From NCBI GenBank assembly GCA_040220235.1, contig JAVJTO010000102.1: a stretch of DNA of 64,000 nucleotides; one strand, written 5' to 3'. A program made the position numbers and the translations under genes. The stretch's first letter is position 1. Each line of letters begins with the position of its first letter. Shown here piece by piece: positions 51,324-61,478 of this stretch. The notes beneath the pieces are model-generated. The model was not told the origin of the DNA. It did no database searches and saw nothing but the letters and a program-made list of their open reading frames with translations. This stretch comes from Coleofasciculus sp. B1-GNL1-01 (GTDB taxonomy: Bacteria; Cyanobacteriota; Cyanobacteriia; Cyanobacteriales; Coleofasciculaceae).

Positions 51324-52307
51324 TTAACGAACAATACAAACACCCCCGACTTGTACGGTACAAGCTTCTGGTTTCTTAACAGGTTCTAAACTCTGGGTAC
51401 TGGCGTTGTAAGTATATTCCCCCGCCGGAAAAACTCGGTTAGGATCGGTACAATAGCGATAGGTTTGTCCACCTTCGGGATAGGAGATAACGACTAAAGA
51501 ACTGGTTGCTGGAGGACAGGTATCGAGTACATTTAATCCATACTCGTCTTCCAATTTTTCTTGGCGAGGATCGGTCGTTTGATTGGCGGCGGTTTGAGTT
51601 CCCGGACGTCCCGGCTTTAAGGTTTCCGTACTTGCGTCGTAGGTATACTGTCCAGCTTGCAGGAAACGGTTAGGATTGGCGCAATAGGTATAGGTTTGAT
51701 CCGATTCCGGAAACGACACAACCACTAACGAACCCGTCGCCGCTGGACAGTTTTCCAAGACTCTCAATCCATATTCATTTTGTAGCAGTTGTTTTCGTTT
51801 ATCTGGGGTTTGATTTGAAGCGGAGGGTTGATTTGAGGGATTATTAACGATAACTCCCGGTGTAATTCCGGAAAGGGAAACCGTATATCTGCCTCTGGTA
51901 TTATTGTCACCTAAGACGAGGAGTTTATATTCGCCACTGATGGGGACTTGATAAACTAACAGATTGGTTTTGTCATTGTAGGCAACTTGGTTGCCCGTTT
52001 GTGAGGAACTCAGGACTAAAATGGGTGAGAGAGTACTACCTTCTTCGGGTTTAACGCTGATGCGAACGGTATCCCCTTGTTGGGCATTAAATCGGTATTC
52101 TTCACCAGCAGCAGTTTCCAGGGGGGCGTTGGGTACTAAATCGTTGCGATAGCGGAAGCTGGAAGAGTTGGTTTGGATAAACCCCCTAATGCTATCATTA
52201 TTGTCTAGCATCGTGGCGGCGGTGGCGGTATGGGTAAGAATGGATAAGATGAATCCGCTGATAGCGAATGGGGTAGCGATTCGGTTAATAACGGTTTGGG
52301 TAAACAT
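51324..52307 (-). CDS. Secreted protein with PPC-like domain and two Cys-containing repeats
   Basis: Signal peptide, EYRFNAQQGDTVRI..GEYKLLV..GRYTVSL, and duplicated EYGL.VL..CP.AT.SLVV.S.PE..QTY.YC..PNR. Confidence 0.78.
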   Translation of the reverse strand: MFTQTVINRIATPFAISGFILSILTHTATAATMLDNNDSIRGFIQTNSSSFRYRNDLVPNAPLETAAGEEYRFNAQQGDTVRISVKPEEGSTLSPILVLSSSQTGNQVAYNDKTNLLVYQVPISGEYKLLVLGDNNTRGRYTVSLSGITPGVIVNNPSNQPSASNQTPDKRKQLLQNEYGLRVLENCPAATGSLVVVSFPESDQTYTYCANPNRFLQAGQYTYDASTETLKPGRPGTQTAANQTTDPRQEKLEDEYGLNVLDTCPPATSSLVVISYPEGGQTYRYCTDPNRVFPAGEYTYNASTQSLEPVKKPEACTVQVGGVCIVR

Positions 52308-52574
52308 GGACGCTGAAAATGCTCAACTTTAGGTACGGAAAGATTCTATCAAAGAAAAAGTCTTATTTTAAATGTCGTAGGGTGGGTTAGGCGGGAGTTT
52401 AATTAAGGTACTCATCTTTTAATGAATAATCCAACCTAACCCACCGATATTCAGGTCGAAACTATTTTTGAATAGATTAAAAACGTTGGGGTCAAAGGCG
52501 TCATTGAATAAAGGGCGCACGTCGGTGCGCCCCTACAGGGATTGAATGGCGGGTTGGGTTATGGGAAATAGGGA

Positions 52575-53906
<1,332 letters not shown>

Positions 53907-54164
53907 TCAGGATACGTCTGAAGTCGTGGACAAACAAGCGTACTTAAGGAAGTTTTCGATCCCCAGCGCTGGTATCCGGACTTATGATAATGTATGCGAT
54001 CGCTCTGTAAGTAGGTGAGGTGGACACAATTAACGTTAAAGGTGGAGCTCGTCATTCGTCATTCGTCATTCGTCATTCGTCATTCGTCACCCGCTTGTAC
54101 TAATTAGCAATCTCCCATCCGTTCAATGGGGTCGGGTCACCCTCTTTTATTAATTTGGCTAATT

Positions 54165-54425
54165 AATGCTAAAACAACAGCAGCATTTCAGTTCTACTAG
54201 CTGAGTGATTTCCTGTTCTTGATGATTCTTTGTGGAGTTGCACTGAATTCAACTTTCAGTTGCCTTGCTCCCCATTGACTAACTTAGGAAATATCAGCGT
54301 TCAAATGGCTTGCTGCTGCTGTTTTCAGATGAGACAGATTTATTGATTTAGCCAGCGTTTTTACCTCTTCTTTTGAATCTAAACGTTGCTTTTGTATCTG
54401 TCCGGTGAAGCTTTATTTGCTTCAT
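54165..54425 (-). ncRNA. Putative structured ncRNA, copy 1 (unknown family)
   Basis: Three hairpins conserved with copy 2, upstream promoter TTGTCC-16-TAAAGT with extended TG, and no conserved ORF. Confidence 0.55.
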
Positions 54426-54431
54426 AGTTCT

Positions 54432-54459
54432 ACTTTAGCACCTTTGATTTAAAGGACAA
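54432..54459 (-). promoter_or_regulatory. Sigma70-type promoter of ncRNA copy 1
   Basis: Minus strand: -35 TTGTCC, 16 bp spacer ending TGC, -10 TAAAGT. Same layout in copy 2. Confidence 0.5.
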
Positions 54460-54674
54460 GGAAATGATACGTAAGTTTACATTAATCGGGAAAAGGTTGA
54501 GTTAAATTAATGCATCCCCGATTCAGACCTCTCGGTGGACATTCCCAGGAGTGCGATCGCGTTCCTGTTTAGAAATGCAAGATTAACCACCTGTAGGGGC
54601 GACCCGCTTGCATCAATTAAAAACTCCCATCCATTCAATTGGGTCGGGTCGCCCTCTCCTATTAATTTGGCTCG

Positions 54675-54937
54675 AAATGCTAAAACAACAGCAGCACGTC
54701 CGATTGACTTACTGAGTGATTTCCTTCTTTTGGTAATTCTATCTGGAGTTGCACTGAATTCAAGTTTCAGTTGCCTTGCTCCCTATTAATTAGCTTAGGA
54801 AATATCAGCGTCTAAATGGTTTGCTGCTGTTGTTTTTAGAGAAGACAGATTGATTGATTTAGCCAGCGTTTTTACCTCTTTCTTTGAATCTAAACGTTGC
54901 TTTTTTTATCTGTCCGATGAAGCTTTATTTGCTTCAT
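54675..54937 (-). ncRNA. Putative structured ncRNA, copy 2 (unknown family)
   Basis: Paralog of 54165-54425 at a 512-bp offset; 15-bp closing stem 54682-54696 / 54822-54836. Confidence 0.55.
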
Positions 54938-54943
54938 ACTTTT

Positions 54944-54971
54944 ACTTTACCACTCTCAAATTAAAAGACAA
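54944..54971 (-). promoter_or_regulatory. Sigma70-type promoter of ncRNA copy 2
   Basis: Minus strand: -35 TTGTCT, 16 bp spacer ending TGG, -10 TAAAGT. Confidence 0.5.
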
Positions 54972-55334
54972 GGGAATGACATAGAAGTTAACATTTGCCC
55001 GAAAAATATTAAGTTAGGTTACGATTATGGGCAACGATTGATGAACAGGTACTCATCCTGCACCTGTAGAAAACAGGATTAAATTTAACGGTTGAGTCTC
55101 TGGATTAAGTGAAAATACTTAGAGACTATGTGCAGAACACATAATTTGTAGGGTGAGGCTGGGTTTTACTAGGGGGTTATCAATGGAATGCATTGATTTT
55201 TCTCTAAGCTGCCCCTACTGACGCTGTACTTGCTGTATACCGATCGCGACTGAACTGGCAAGTGATTAGATGATGGGGTTAGTATAGCAGGGGGTATTTT
55301 TACAAAAGTTCATTTTTTAGACTCAGAAATTTCC

Positions 55335-56090
55335 ATGACGGATAGGGTAACAACGATGTCGAACGATGTTGATGCGAAGACAGATACAGATATCGAGGCG
55401 AAGACAACAGAAAAAGAGAAAGAAATCCGCTTACTGCTTTACTTGTGGGATATGGGGGGTTCGGATGTTAAGAGGGGTGAACTGACGAAACGACTGAAAC
55501 GGAAGAAGGAGACAGCCGCCGATTATAAGGAGAGTTATCAGCAGCTAGAAGAAGACGGTGCGATCGCGCTTTCTCGGTATAAGGTGTCTCTGGTACAGCC
55601 CAAGGGATTGCAGATGCTGGAAGCAGGGCTGAAGAGTCAGGCGTTTGAGTTTGAGAGTCAGATTGGCGCAAGAACCGCGAATGCGTTACTTAAATGGATT
55701 CGAGAACAAGCTATGTCGGCGGGTACTGTTGGTGATGGGGCGGTTGCAGCCGGGAAGACTGGGGAGAGTGCGATTGAGCAAAGCTCAGCGCCAAAGGCGA
55801 TCGCGTCTTATGATCAGTTTAAGCAGGTGGCGCTGGATGTCTACGATCAGCTTAACCGCGACTATAACTTGGATTATATGGTGCCGATTTATCGGATACG
55901 GCGAACCATTGGCGATCGCGTCTCTCGTTCCCAGTTCAACGACTGGATGCTGGAAATGCAGGCGAATGACATCTTACAGTTAATGGGGGGAGAGGTTTTA
56001 AACGTTACCCCTGATCAATTAGAGGACTCAATCACTCCGCCAGTCGGCAAATTGCGTTACTTTGCCAAGCTTGTGAATGCTGAAGCCTAA
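55335..56090 (+). CDS. Hypothetical protein with probable winged-helix domains
   Basis: 251 aa; VPIYRIRRTIGDRVSRSQFNDWMLEMQANDILQL C-terminal domain; first gene of a tight three-gene operon. Confidence 0.8.
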   Translation: MTDRVTTMSNDVDAKTDTDIEAKTTEKEKEIRLLLYLWDMGGSDVKRGELTKRLKRKKETAADYKESYQQLEEDGAIALSRYKVSLVQPKGLQMLEAGLKSQAFEFESQIGARTANALLKWIREQAMSAGTVGDGAVAAGKTGESAIEQSSAPKAIASYDQFKQVALDVYDQLNRDYNLDYMVPIYRIRRTIGDRVSRSQFNDWMLEMQANDILQLMGGEVLNVTPDQLEDSITPPVGKLRYFAKLVNAEA

Positions 56091-56123
56091 TTGAAACTAC
56101 TTGCTGTTTGTTCCTTCACCTGA

Positions 56124-58157
56124 ATGATCATGACTGATTTATCCGTTTCACCGATTGAAGAAATCAACGCCGCCATCGAAGACTACAATCCATTCAACAG
56201 TGCAGCTATTGATAAAGTCCAAAGTGTTTGGGGTAAAGGATTCCCTGATTTAAATACTCTCAATGCTCACGCTTCTCAAAAAGTATTGGAGATAATCAAG
56301 CAGGTTAAAACCAGTCCAGATAGTAAAGATAAGGTAGCTACTTTAGTTTTGACTGGCGATATCGGTTCAGGGAAAACTCAACTCATTGGTCGTCTGCGCC
56401 GTCGTGTCATTGGTGATGGTAGTGCCTTATTTATCTATGCTAATGGTAGTAAGTATGGTGACTTAAATCTGTTGAGACATCAATTTCTGCAAACGTTGGT
56501 CGAGAACTTGGCGCGAGTTGGCAGTCAAGGAGTTACACAATGGCAGGAAGTGGCGGCAGCGATGGCAAATGCCAGTAATTCCAGTGGTCAAAAAACAGCC
56601 GCAGCAACAATCGTTAAGAATTTTGATAAAGCCTATGATAAAGCTTTACAGAATAACCAAAATCTGCTCAAAAAATTGAGTAGCCAGATTCTCAAAATCA
56701 AGCCGGATGCTGACCCTTATATTCTCAGGGCGATTTTGTGGACTCTTTCAGAAATGTACGCCCCCTATACCCTTGAATGGTTAGCTGGTAATGAGCTAGA
56801 TCAAGAAACGGCTAACTCTATAGGTTTGCCAACCAATGCTGGAAAGACATCTCAGGAACAAGAAGCAGAAGCTCTGGGTAATATACAACAAATATTACGG
56901 TTAGTGAGTGACCATAAACCTGTGCTGATTTGTTTTGATGAATTGGAAACCCAAGGAATATTATCGGAAGATGGGTTTACGAAAGCACAGGTAATTGTGC
57001 GCTTAGTTAAAGACCTTTACGATAATCTAGAACAGTCAGGTATTGGCAAAGGTATTGTCATGTTGACGGTAATGTTCGGGTCAACTTGGGCTGGAGAAAT
57101 AGCCTCTGCTATCACTGGCACTGCAACTGTGAATAAGATTGGTGGTGGTGTGGGAGATCGGTTGTCAACAGCAACTCAAGGAAAACCAATAAGTTTAAAA
57201 CCTCTAGATAGTCAATCTATTGTTGATTTAGTTGCCTTATGGTTGCAAAAAGAGCTATATGAGCCTCGTGGTTTAAAACCTCATGATCCAGTTTATCCGT
57301 TTGCAGAAAGTCAACTCAGAGATATCGGTAAAGGCAAGCCGACTGTACGGGAAGTCTTGGATTGGTGTGCTAAGAACTATAACCGTAAGGCTATCCCTCC
57401 AGAAGAGAGATTTAAAATAGCCGCTAAAGCCGCAAACGAGGCAGACATTGGAGATTATTTAGAGGACAATGATAAAATCGCTGATGCTCTATGTTTTGGC
57501 TTTGAGCAGTTGATCGGTGAAGCCTTGGAAGGGGAAACTTCAACCGGACAAAAATTACGGCAACTAACAATTGAACGTGTTGATACTGATATCCAAGTCA
57601 TCAACTCAAAGGCGACTCCCAAGAATCTTTCAAACCAAGGTTACATTAATTTTAAGGTTATTGGCAATGAAGATAACAAAAATTTTGTCATTGGTGTAGC
57701 CGTGATTCAAAAAGGCAACGCAGCTGCACTAGGCGCTGGATTAAAGCGCTTAACGGCATACGAAAGATTTGGTTTAACTCGCGGTTGTTTAGTTCGCGAT
57801 AAAAGCAAAAAAATAAACAACAAGACACAGGCTTATAAGTTACTGGAGAAACTTATATCTCAAGATCAGGGAGGAGAATGGGCGTATCTGGAAGCTGAAC
57901 AGATTAGACCTCTGATTGACCTTTATACTGTTTATCAAAACTGCGAGACATATCAGCTTACTCAAAAGCAGGTGGCAGAATTCTCAAAACCCCAAATCTT
58001 AGAGAATCAGCTACTGCGAGAAATCCTCAGTGATCCCTCTGGTGAAATTGATTCAGAGACTATCGAAGAGGAAGAACTCTTTGGGACGCTGTTCGACGAA
58101 TCTAGTGCTGATGATACAGCCAATGATGACAACCTAAATGACCTATTCGTAGCATAG
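56124..58157 (+). CDS. P-loop NTPase (AAA+-like ATP-binding protein)
   Basis: Walker A GDIGSGKT, Walker B LICFDELE, VYPF..R motif and acidic tail. Confidence 0.85.
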   Translation: MIMTDLSVSPIEEINAAIEDYNPFNSAAIDKVQSVWGKGFPDLNTLNAHASQKVLEIIKQVKTSPDSKDKVATLVLTGDIGSGKTQLIGRLRRRVIGDGSALFIYANGSKYGDLNLLRHQFLQTLVENLARVGSQGVTQWQEVAAAMANASNSSGQKTAAATIVKNFDKAYDKALQNNQNLLKKLSSQILKIKPDADPYILRAILWTLSEMYAPYTLEWLAGNELDQETANSIGLPTNAGKTSQEQEAEALGNIQQILRLVSDHKPVLICFDELETQGILSEDGFTKAQVIVRLVKDLYDNLEQSGIGKGIVMLTVMFGSTWAGEIASAITGTATVNKIGGGVGDRLSTATQGKPISLKPLDSQSIVDLVALWLQKELYEPRGLKPHDPVYPFAESQLRDIGKGKPTVREVLDWCAKNYNRKAIPPEERFKIAAKAANEADIGDYLEDNDKIADALCFGFEQLIGEALEGETSTGQKLRQLTIERVDTDIQVINSKATPKNLSNQGYINFKVIGNEDNKNFVIGVAVIQKGNAAALGAGLKRLTAYERFGLTRGCLVRDKSKKINNKTQAYKLLEKLISQDQGGEWAYLEAEQIRPLIDLYTVYQNCETYQLTQKQVAEFSKPQILENQLLREILSDPSGEIDSETIEEEELFGTLFDESSADDTANDDNLNDLFVA

Positions 58158-58168
58158 GAACATAAATT

Positions 58169-59638
58169 ATGCTGCAAATCGCCCTACGTCTACCAGTCCC
58201 AGATATTGAAGCCTTAATCGAAGGACGCTCAATTGCCATTATCCCCAGGATATTTGTCAATCCGGGACGACAATTTGCTCTCTATCCCTCAGATACATCC
58301 ACTAACGCTCTGCCTATCGAACAATATTATCGCTCTAACTTCATCCCCACCGCCCAAAAAAGTCTGGCTGAACTCGGTTCTGAAACCGTTATAATTAAAG
58401 CCTGGGCAAAATGCGAACGTTGTAAAGTCTTGGATAATTCAGAATCCCTGGATTTTCTATCCCAGCTAACTGTATGGACAAAAGCCGGATTAGAGCAAAC
58501 TCGTGTCAAACGGGGTCATATTTTTTTAGCCTACCTGCGGGTTTATCGACTCCCACAACCGATGGAAATTCCTGTAAATTCGAGTCCCCGATTTATTCCA
58601 CTTCCCCAACCTTTAACGGTTACTCAAGACACACCTGTTTTGAGTCAGACACGCTTTGAACAGTGCTGTCGCCAGATGGAACAACGACAGCCTCCCCAGC
58701 ATCCAGAATTGGAAGAATTACAGAGTGCGATAGCGAAGCGCTGCTGCTTACAGCAGATCGCGTCATTATCAAATAATAATTTAGCGGCTAAAGAACTTGA
58801 CCAAGATATCAAACAATTCTTAGGCTGGAGTAGCCAATCAATCGGGAGATTTGACTCTGATTTCATCTGGATTAAAACAATCGCTGATGTCGGTAACTCT
58901 AGCGATGGCAATGAATTTGAAAAACTGGTGCGAAAAAGCTTAATGAAACTAGGATTTACTAACTCTAGAAATGACCCAAGAGCCAGCCTAAATCCAGAAG
59001 CCACTGGCGGTGCTGGCGGGATCGATTTTTATGCGGATGCACCTTATCCCATTGTTGGCGAATGCAAAGCTACCAAAAGTGAAAAAGTCCCCAGTAGAAC
59101 TCCGGGACAATTAATCCAACTGGGTAAAAACCATCTGCAACAAGACTATGATCCTTGTATCAAACTCATTGTCGTCGCTGGTGAATTAACTCCAGACGCT
59201 TTACGAACAACTTTAAATAATCAGATTAGCGTGATTCGTCCAGAAACTCTCCAACATCTCGTAGAATTGCAAGCCCAGTATAAAGGTGCTATTGACTTAC
59301 TGAAACTCAAAGCCTGCTTGCAAGATGCTTATGGGTTAGCCGATGATAAAATTGAGCAATACCTGGTAGACGTGCGTCAAGACATCGCCGTGCGATCGCA
59401 CATTGTCCAATCCGTTAAATCCTTTCAGGAAAATGCAGGGTTAGGCGAAGTGGGAGTTGATGCAATTTATGGGGCGTATATTGGTTCGAGTCCCCCCAAA
59501 CCCTTAATGCCAAACGAATTACGTGATATTCTTATTGAACTATCCTCGCCGTTAACAGGCTACTTAGGGCGGAGTAAGGGTAATGAATTGAACCGCGATC
59601 GCTTCTATTTCCTGCGCGATTTACCTCTAATTCATTAA
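58169..59638 (+). CDS. DUF1802-like domain fused to a PD-(D/E)XK restriction-endonuclease-like domain
   Basis: N-terminus resembles DUF1802 (IEALIEGR..FALYP..IKAWA..LRVYRL); C-terminus EFEKLVRKSLMKLGF..GGIDF..VGECKA..QL is Mrr-cat-like. Confidence 0.8.
   Translation: MLQIALRLPVPDIEALIEGRSIAIIPRIFVNPGRQFALYPSDTSTNALPIEQYYRSNFIPTAQKSLAELGSETVIIKAWAKCERCKVLDNSESLDFLSQLTVWTKAGLEQTRVKRGHIFLAYLRVYRLPQPMEIPVNSSPRFIPLPQPLTVTQDTPVLSQTRFEQCCRQMEQRQPPQHPELEELQSAIAKRCCLQQIASLSNNNLAAKELDQDIKQFLGWSSQSIGRFDSDFIWIKTIADVGNSSDGNEFEKLVRKSLMKLGFTNSRNDPRASLNPEATGGAGGIDFYADAPYPIVGECKATKSEKVPSRTPGQLIQLGKNHLQQDYDPCIKLIVVAGELTPDALRTTLNNQISVIRPETLQHLVELQAQYKGAIDLLKLKACLQDAYGLADDKIEQYLVDVRQDIAVRSHIVQSVKSFQENAGLGEVGVDAIYGAYIGSSPPKPLMPNELRDILIELSSPLTGYLGRSKGNELNRDRFYFLRDLPLIH
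58727..58761. mobile_element. SDR5-like small dispersed repeat inserted in a HIP1 site (27 bp, in frame)
   Basis: GCGAT-AGCGAAGCGCT-G-CTGCTTACAGCAG-ATCGC; adds KRCCLQQIA to the protein. Confidence 0.7.
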
Positions 59639-59705
59639 ACGCCTTTGATCAGCCCAAAGTTCGGTAATATCAAAGACTAGCGATCGCACAATAACTTCTT
59701 CATTC

Positions 59706-61034
59706 ATGACCTACTACATCGCGCCCAGCTTCCAGGATAAACTAGCGGTTCACATTACCAAAAACTATCTAGAGTTAGAGGGGGTACGGGTTCCTCTGAT
59801 TCTCGGTATTCATGGACGCAAAGGAGAAGGCAAATCCTTCCAATGCGAGTTAGTCTTTGAGCAAATGGGGATTGGTGTCATCCATATCTCTGGCGGTGAA
59901 CTGGAAAGTCCGGATGCGGGTGATCCAGCCCGTCTGATTCGCCTGCGTTATCGAGAAGCCGCCGAAATGATTAAGGTGCAGGGGAAAATGTGCGCCTTAA
60001 TGATTAATGACTTGGATGCAGGGGTTGGACGTTTTGACAGCGCGACTCAATACACTGTCAATACTCAACTCGTCAGCGCCACATTAATGAATATTGCCGA
60101 TCATCCCACCGACGTGCAACTCCCTGGGAGTTATGACGCCAATCCCCTGCATCGCGTCCCGATTATCGTCACCGGGAATGACTTCTCCACCCTCTATGCG
60201 CCGTTAATTCGAGAGGGTCGTATGGAAAAATATTACTGGGAACCGAATCGAGAGGAACGCATTGGCATTGTTGGCGGGATTTTCGCTACCGATGGACTAT
60301 CGCGACGAGACATCGAACAACTGGTGGATCAGTTTCCCAATCAAGCCATTGACTTTTTCAGCGCCTTGCGATCGCGGATTTATGATCAACAGATTCTCCA
60401 CTTCATCCATGATGTCGGACTCGATCAAGTTTCCTTTCGGGTGGTTCGCAGTACCGAAGCGCCGCCGGAATTTGAAAAGCCGAAATTTGAACTATCTCAC
60501 TTAATCGAATTCGGTCAGGTGATGATTGGCGAACAAAGACAAGTTGAACAGACGGGATTAGTTCGAGAATATAATAAGGCACTGCGCGAAAGTCCTACCC
60601 TTGAGTTACCTCCAGCACGGCAAATACCCGGTCAAAATAACACCCAGACGTACAGACAGGGAAAGGGTTTAGCCAAAGAACCCCGCACCCTTGATCAGGG
60701 ATCAGCCAATCAAGCCACTACTGAGAATAGAGTTAACCTTAAGACACCTCAGCCGTTAGAACTGATCGCGTCCATAGATTTAGATATCCAGCAGCAGATC
60801 CGCGAACTCTTAGCCCAAGGCTATCGTCTAAGTTTAGAATATGCCAATGAGCGGCGTTTTCGCACCAATGCCTGGAAAAGTGATGGCACATTTCAAGGAA
60901 ATGAAGCATCAGAGGTGATCCTGACCTTAGCCGAACGCCTTGCGGAGCATAATAACGAATACGTGCGATTAATTGGCATTGACCCCAAAGCCAAGCGGCG
61001 AGTTCTGGAAAAGCTCATCCAGCGACCGCGTTAG
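59706..61034 (+). CDS. rca: Rubisco activase (cyanobacterial Rca/ALC) with C-terminal RbcS-like domain
   Basis: GIHGRKGEGKSF, INDLDAG, TGNDFSTLYAPLIREGRMEK, and SSUL domain EYANERRFRTNAW..EYVRLIGIDPKAKRRVLE..IQRP. Confidence 0.93.
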   Translation: MTYYIAPSFQDKLAVHITKNYLELEGVRVPLILGIHGRKGEGKSFQCELVFEQMGIGVIHISGGELESPDAGDPARLIRLRYREAAEMIKVQGKMCALMINDLDAGVGRFDSATQYTVNTQLVSATLMNIADHPTDVQLPGSYDANPLHRVPIIVTGNDFSTLYAPLIREGRMEKYYWEPNREERIGIVGGIFATDGLSRRDIEQLVDQFPNQAIDFFSALRSRIYDQQILHFIHDVGLDQVSFRVVRSTEAPPEFEKPKFELSHLIEFGQVMIGEQRQVEQTGLVREYNKALRESPTLELPPARQIPGQNNTQTYRQGKGLAKEPRTLDQGSANQATTENRVNLKTPQPLELIASIDLDIQQQIRELLAQGYRLSLEYANERRFRTNAWKSDGTFQGNEASEVILTLAERLAEHNNEYVRLIGIDPKAKRRVLEKLIQRPR

Positions 61035-61071
61035 GATGGGGGAACCCTTTACGACCTTTGAGGGCATGATT

Positions 61072-61280
61072 TGTAGGGGCGGGTTTATGTGCTTTCGTTT
61101 CGCTATTGATGATAACCTTACTTCAAACCCGCCCTTTCTAAATGTAGGGGCGAGTTTCACTATCATCGTTTCTTTCCTCACCCAGATGCGACTAAACCCG
61201 CCCCAACCTAGGTATAAGGGCGGGTTTTGTTGATTACTTATTGGTGACAAACCCATTGAATGGCTAAACCCGCCCCTACA
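61072..61280. repeat. Cluster of three REP-like palindromic units (BIME-like)
   Basis: GTAGGGGCGGGTTT..AAACCCGCCC units back to back with different spacers. Confidence 0.78.
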
Positions 61281-61478
61281 TTTGATTTAATTCCCCATCT
61301 TCCATCTTTCCCAGCTTCCCCCACTCCATCCTCCCTCAGACACGCTAAATTGTAATGTAGAAGTTCTTAGGCAACGGATAGGTTTAACTCTCCCGAACAA
61401 CGTGATGAACGACGAACAATGAACCATGAACGCTCGCACCAGGAAAAAGAGACCCGATTTAATACCATCCACTAGGAT

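Noticed and set aside
54535..54789. 84-aa plus-strand ORF over the duplicated unit
   Set aside because: It starts outside the duplicated unit and spans a REP element; the equivalent frame in copy 1 is disrupted, and conservation follows base-pairing rather than codons.
54089..55022. Retron msr-msd, IS110 bridge RNA or integron attC identity
   Set aside because: No reverse transcriptase, IS110 recombinase or integrase is in the window, and I saw no attC core sites. It is left as an unknown RNA.
54563..55078. Weak inverted similarity flanking ncRNA copy 2 (54563-54593 versus 55045-55078)
   Set aside because: Too degenerate to call terminal inverted repeats without an alignment.
61072..61280. 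Repeat-spacer pattern resembling a mini-CRISPR
   Set aside because: The repeats are inverted pairs rather than direct repeats, and spacer variants recur elsewhere as dispersed elements.
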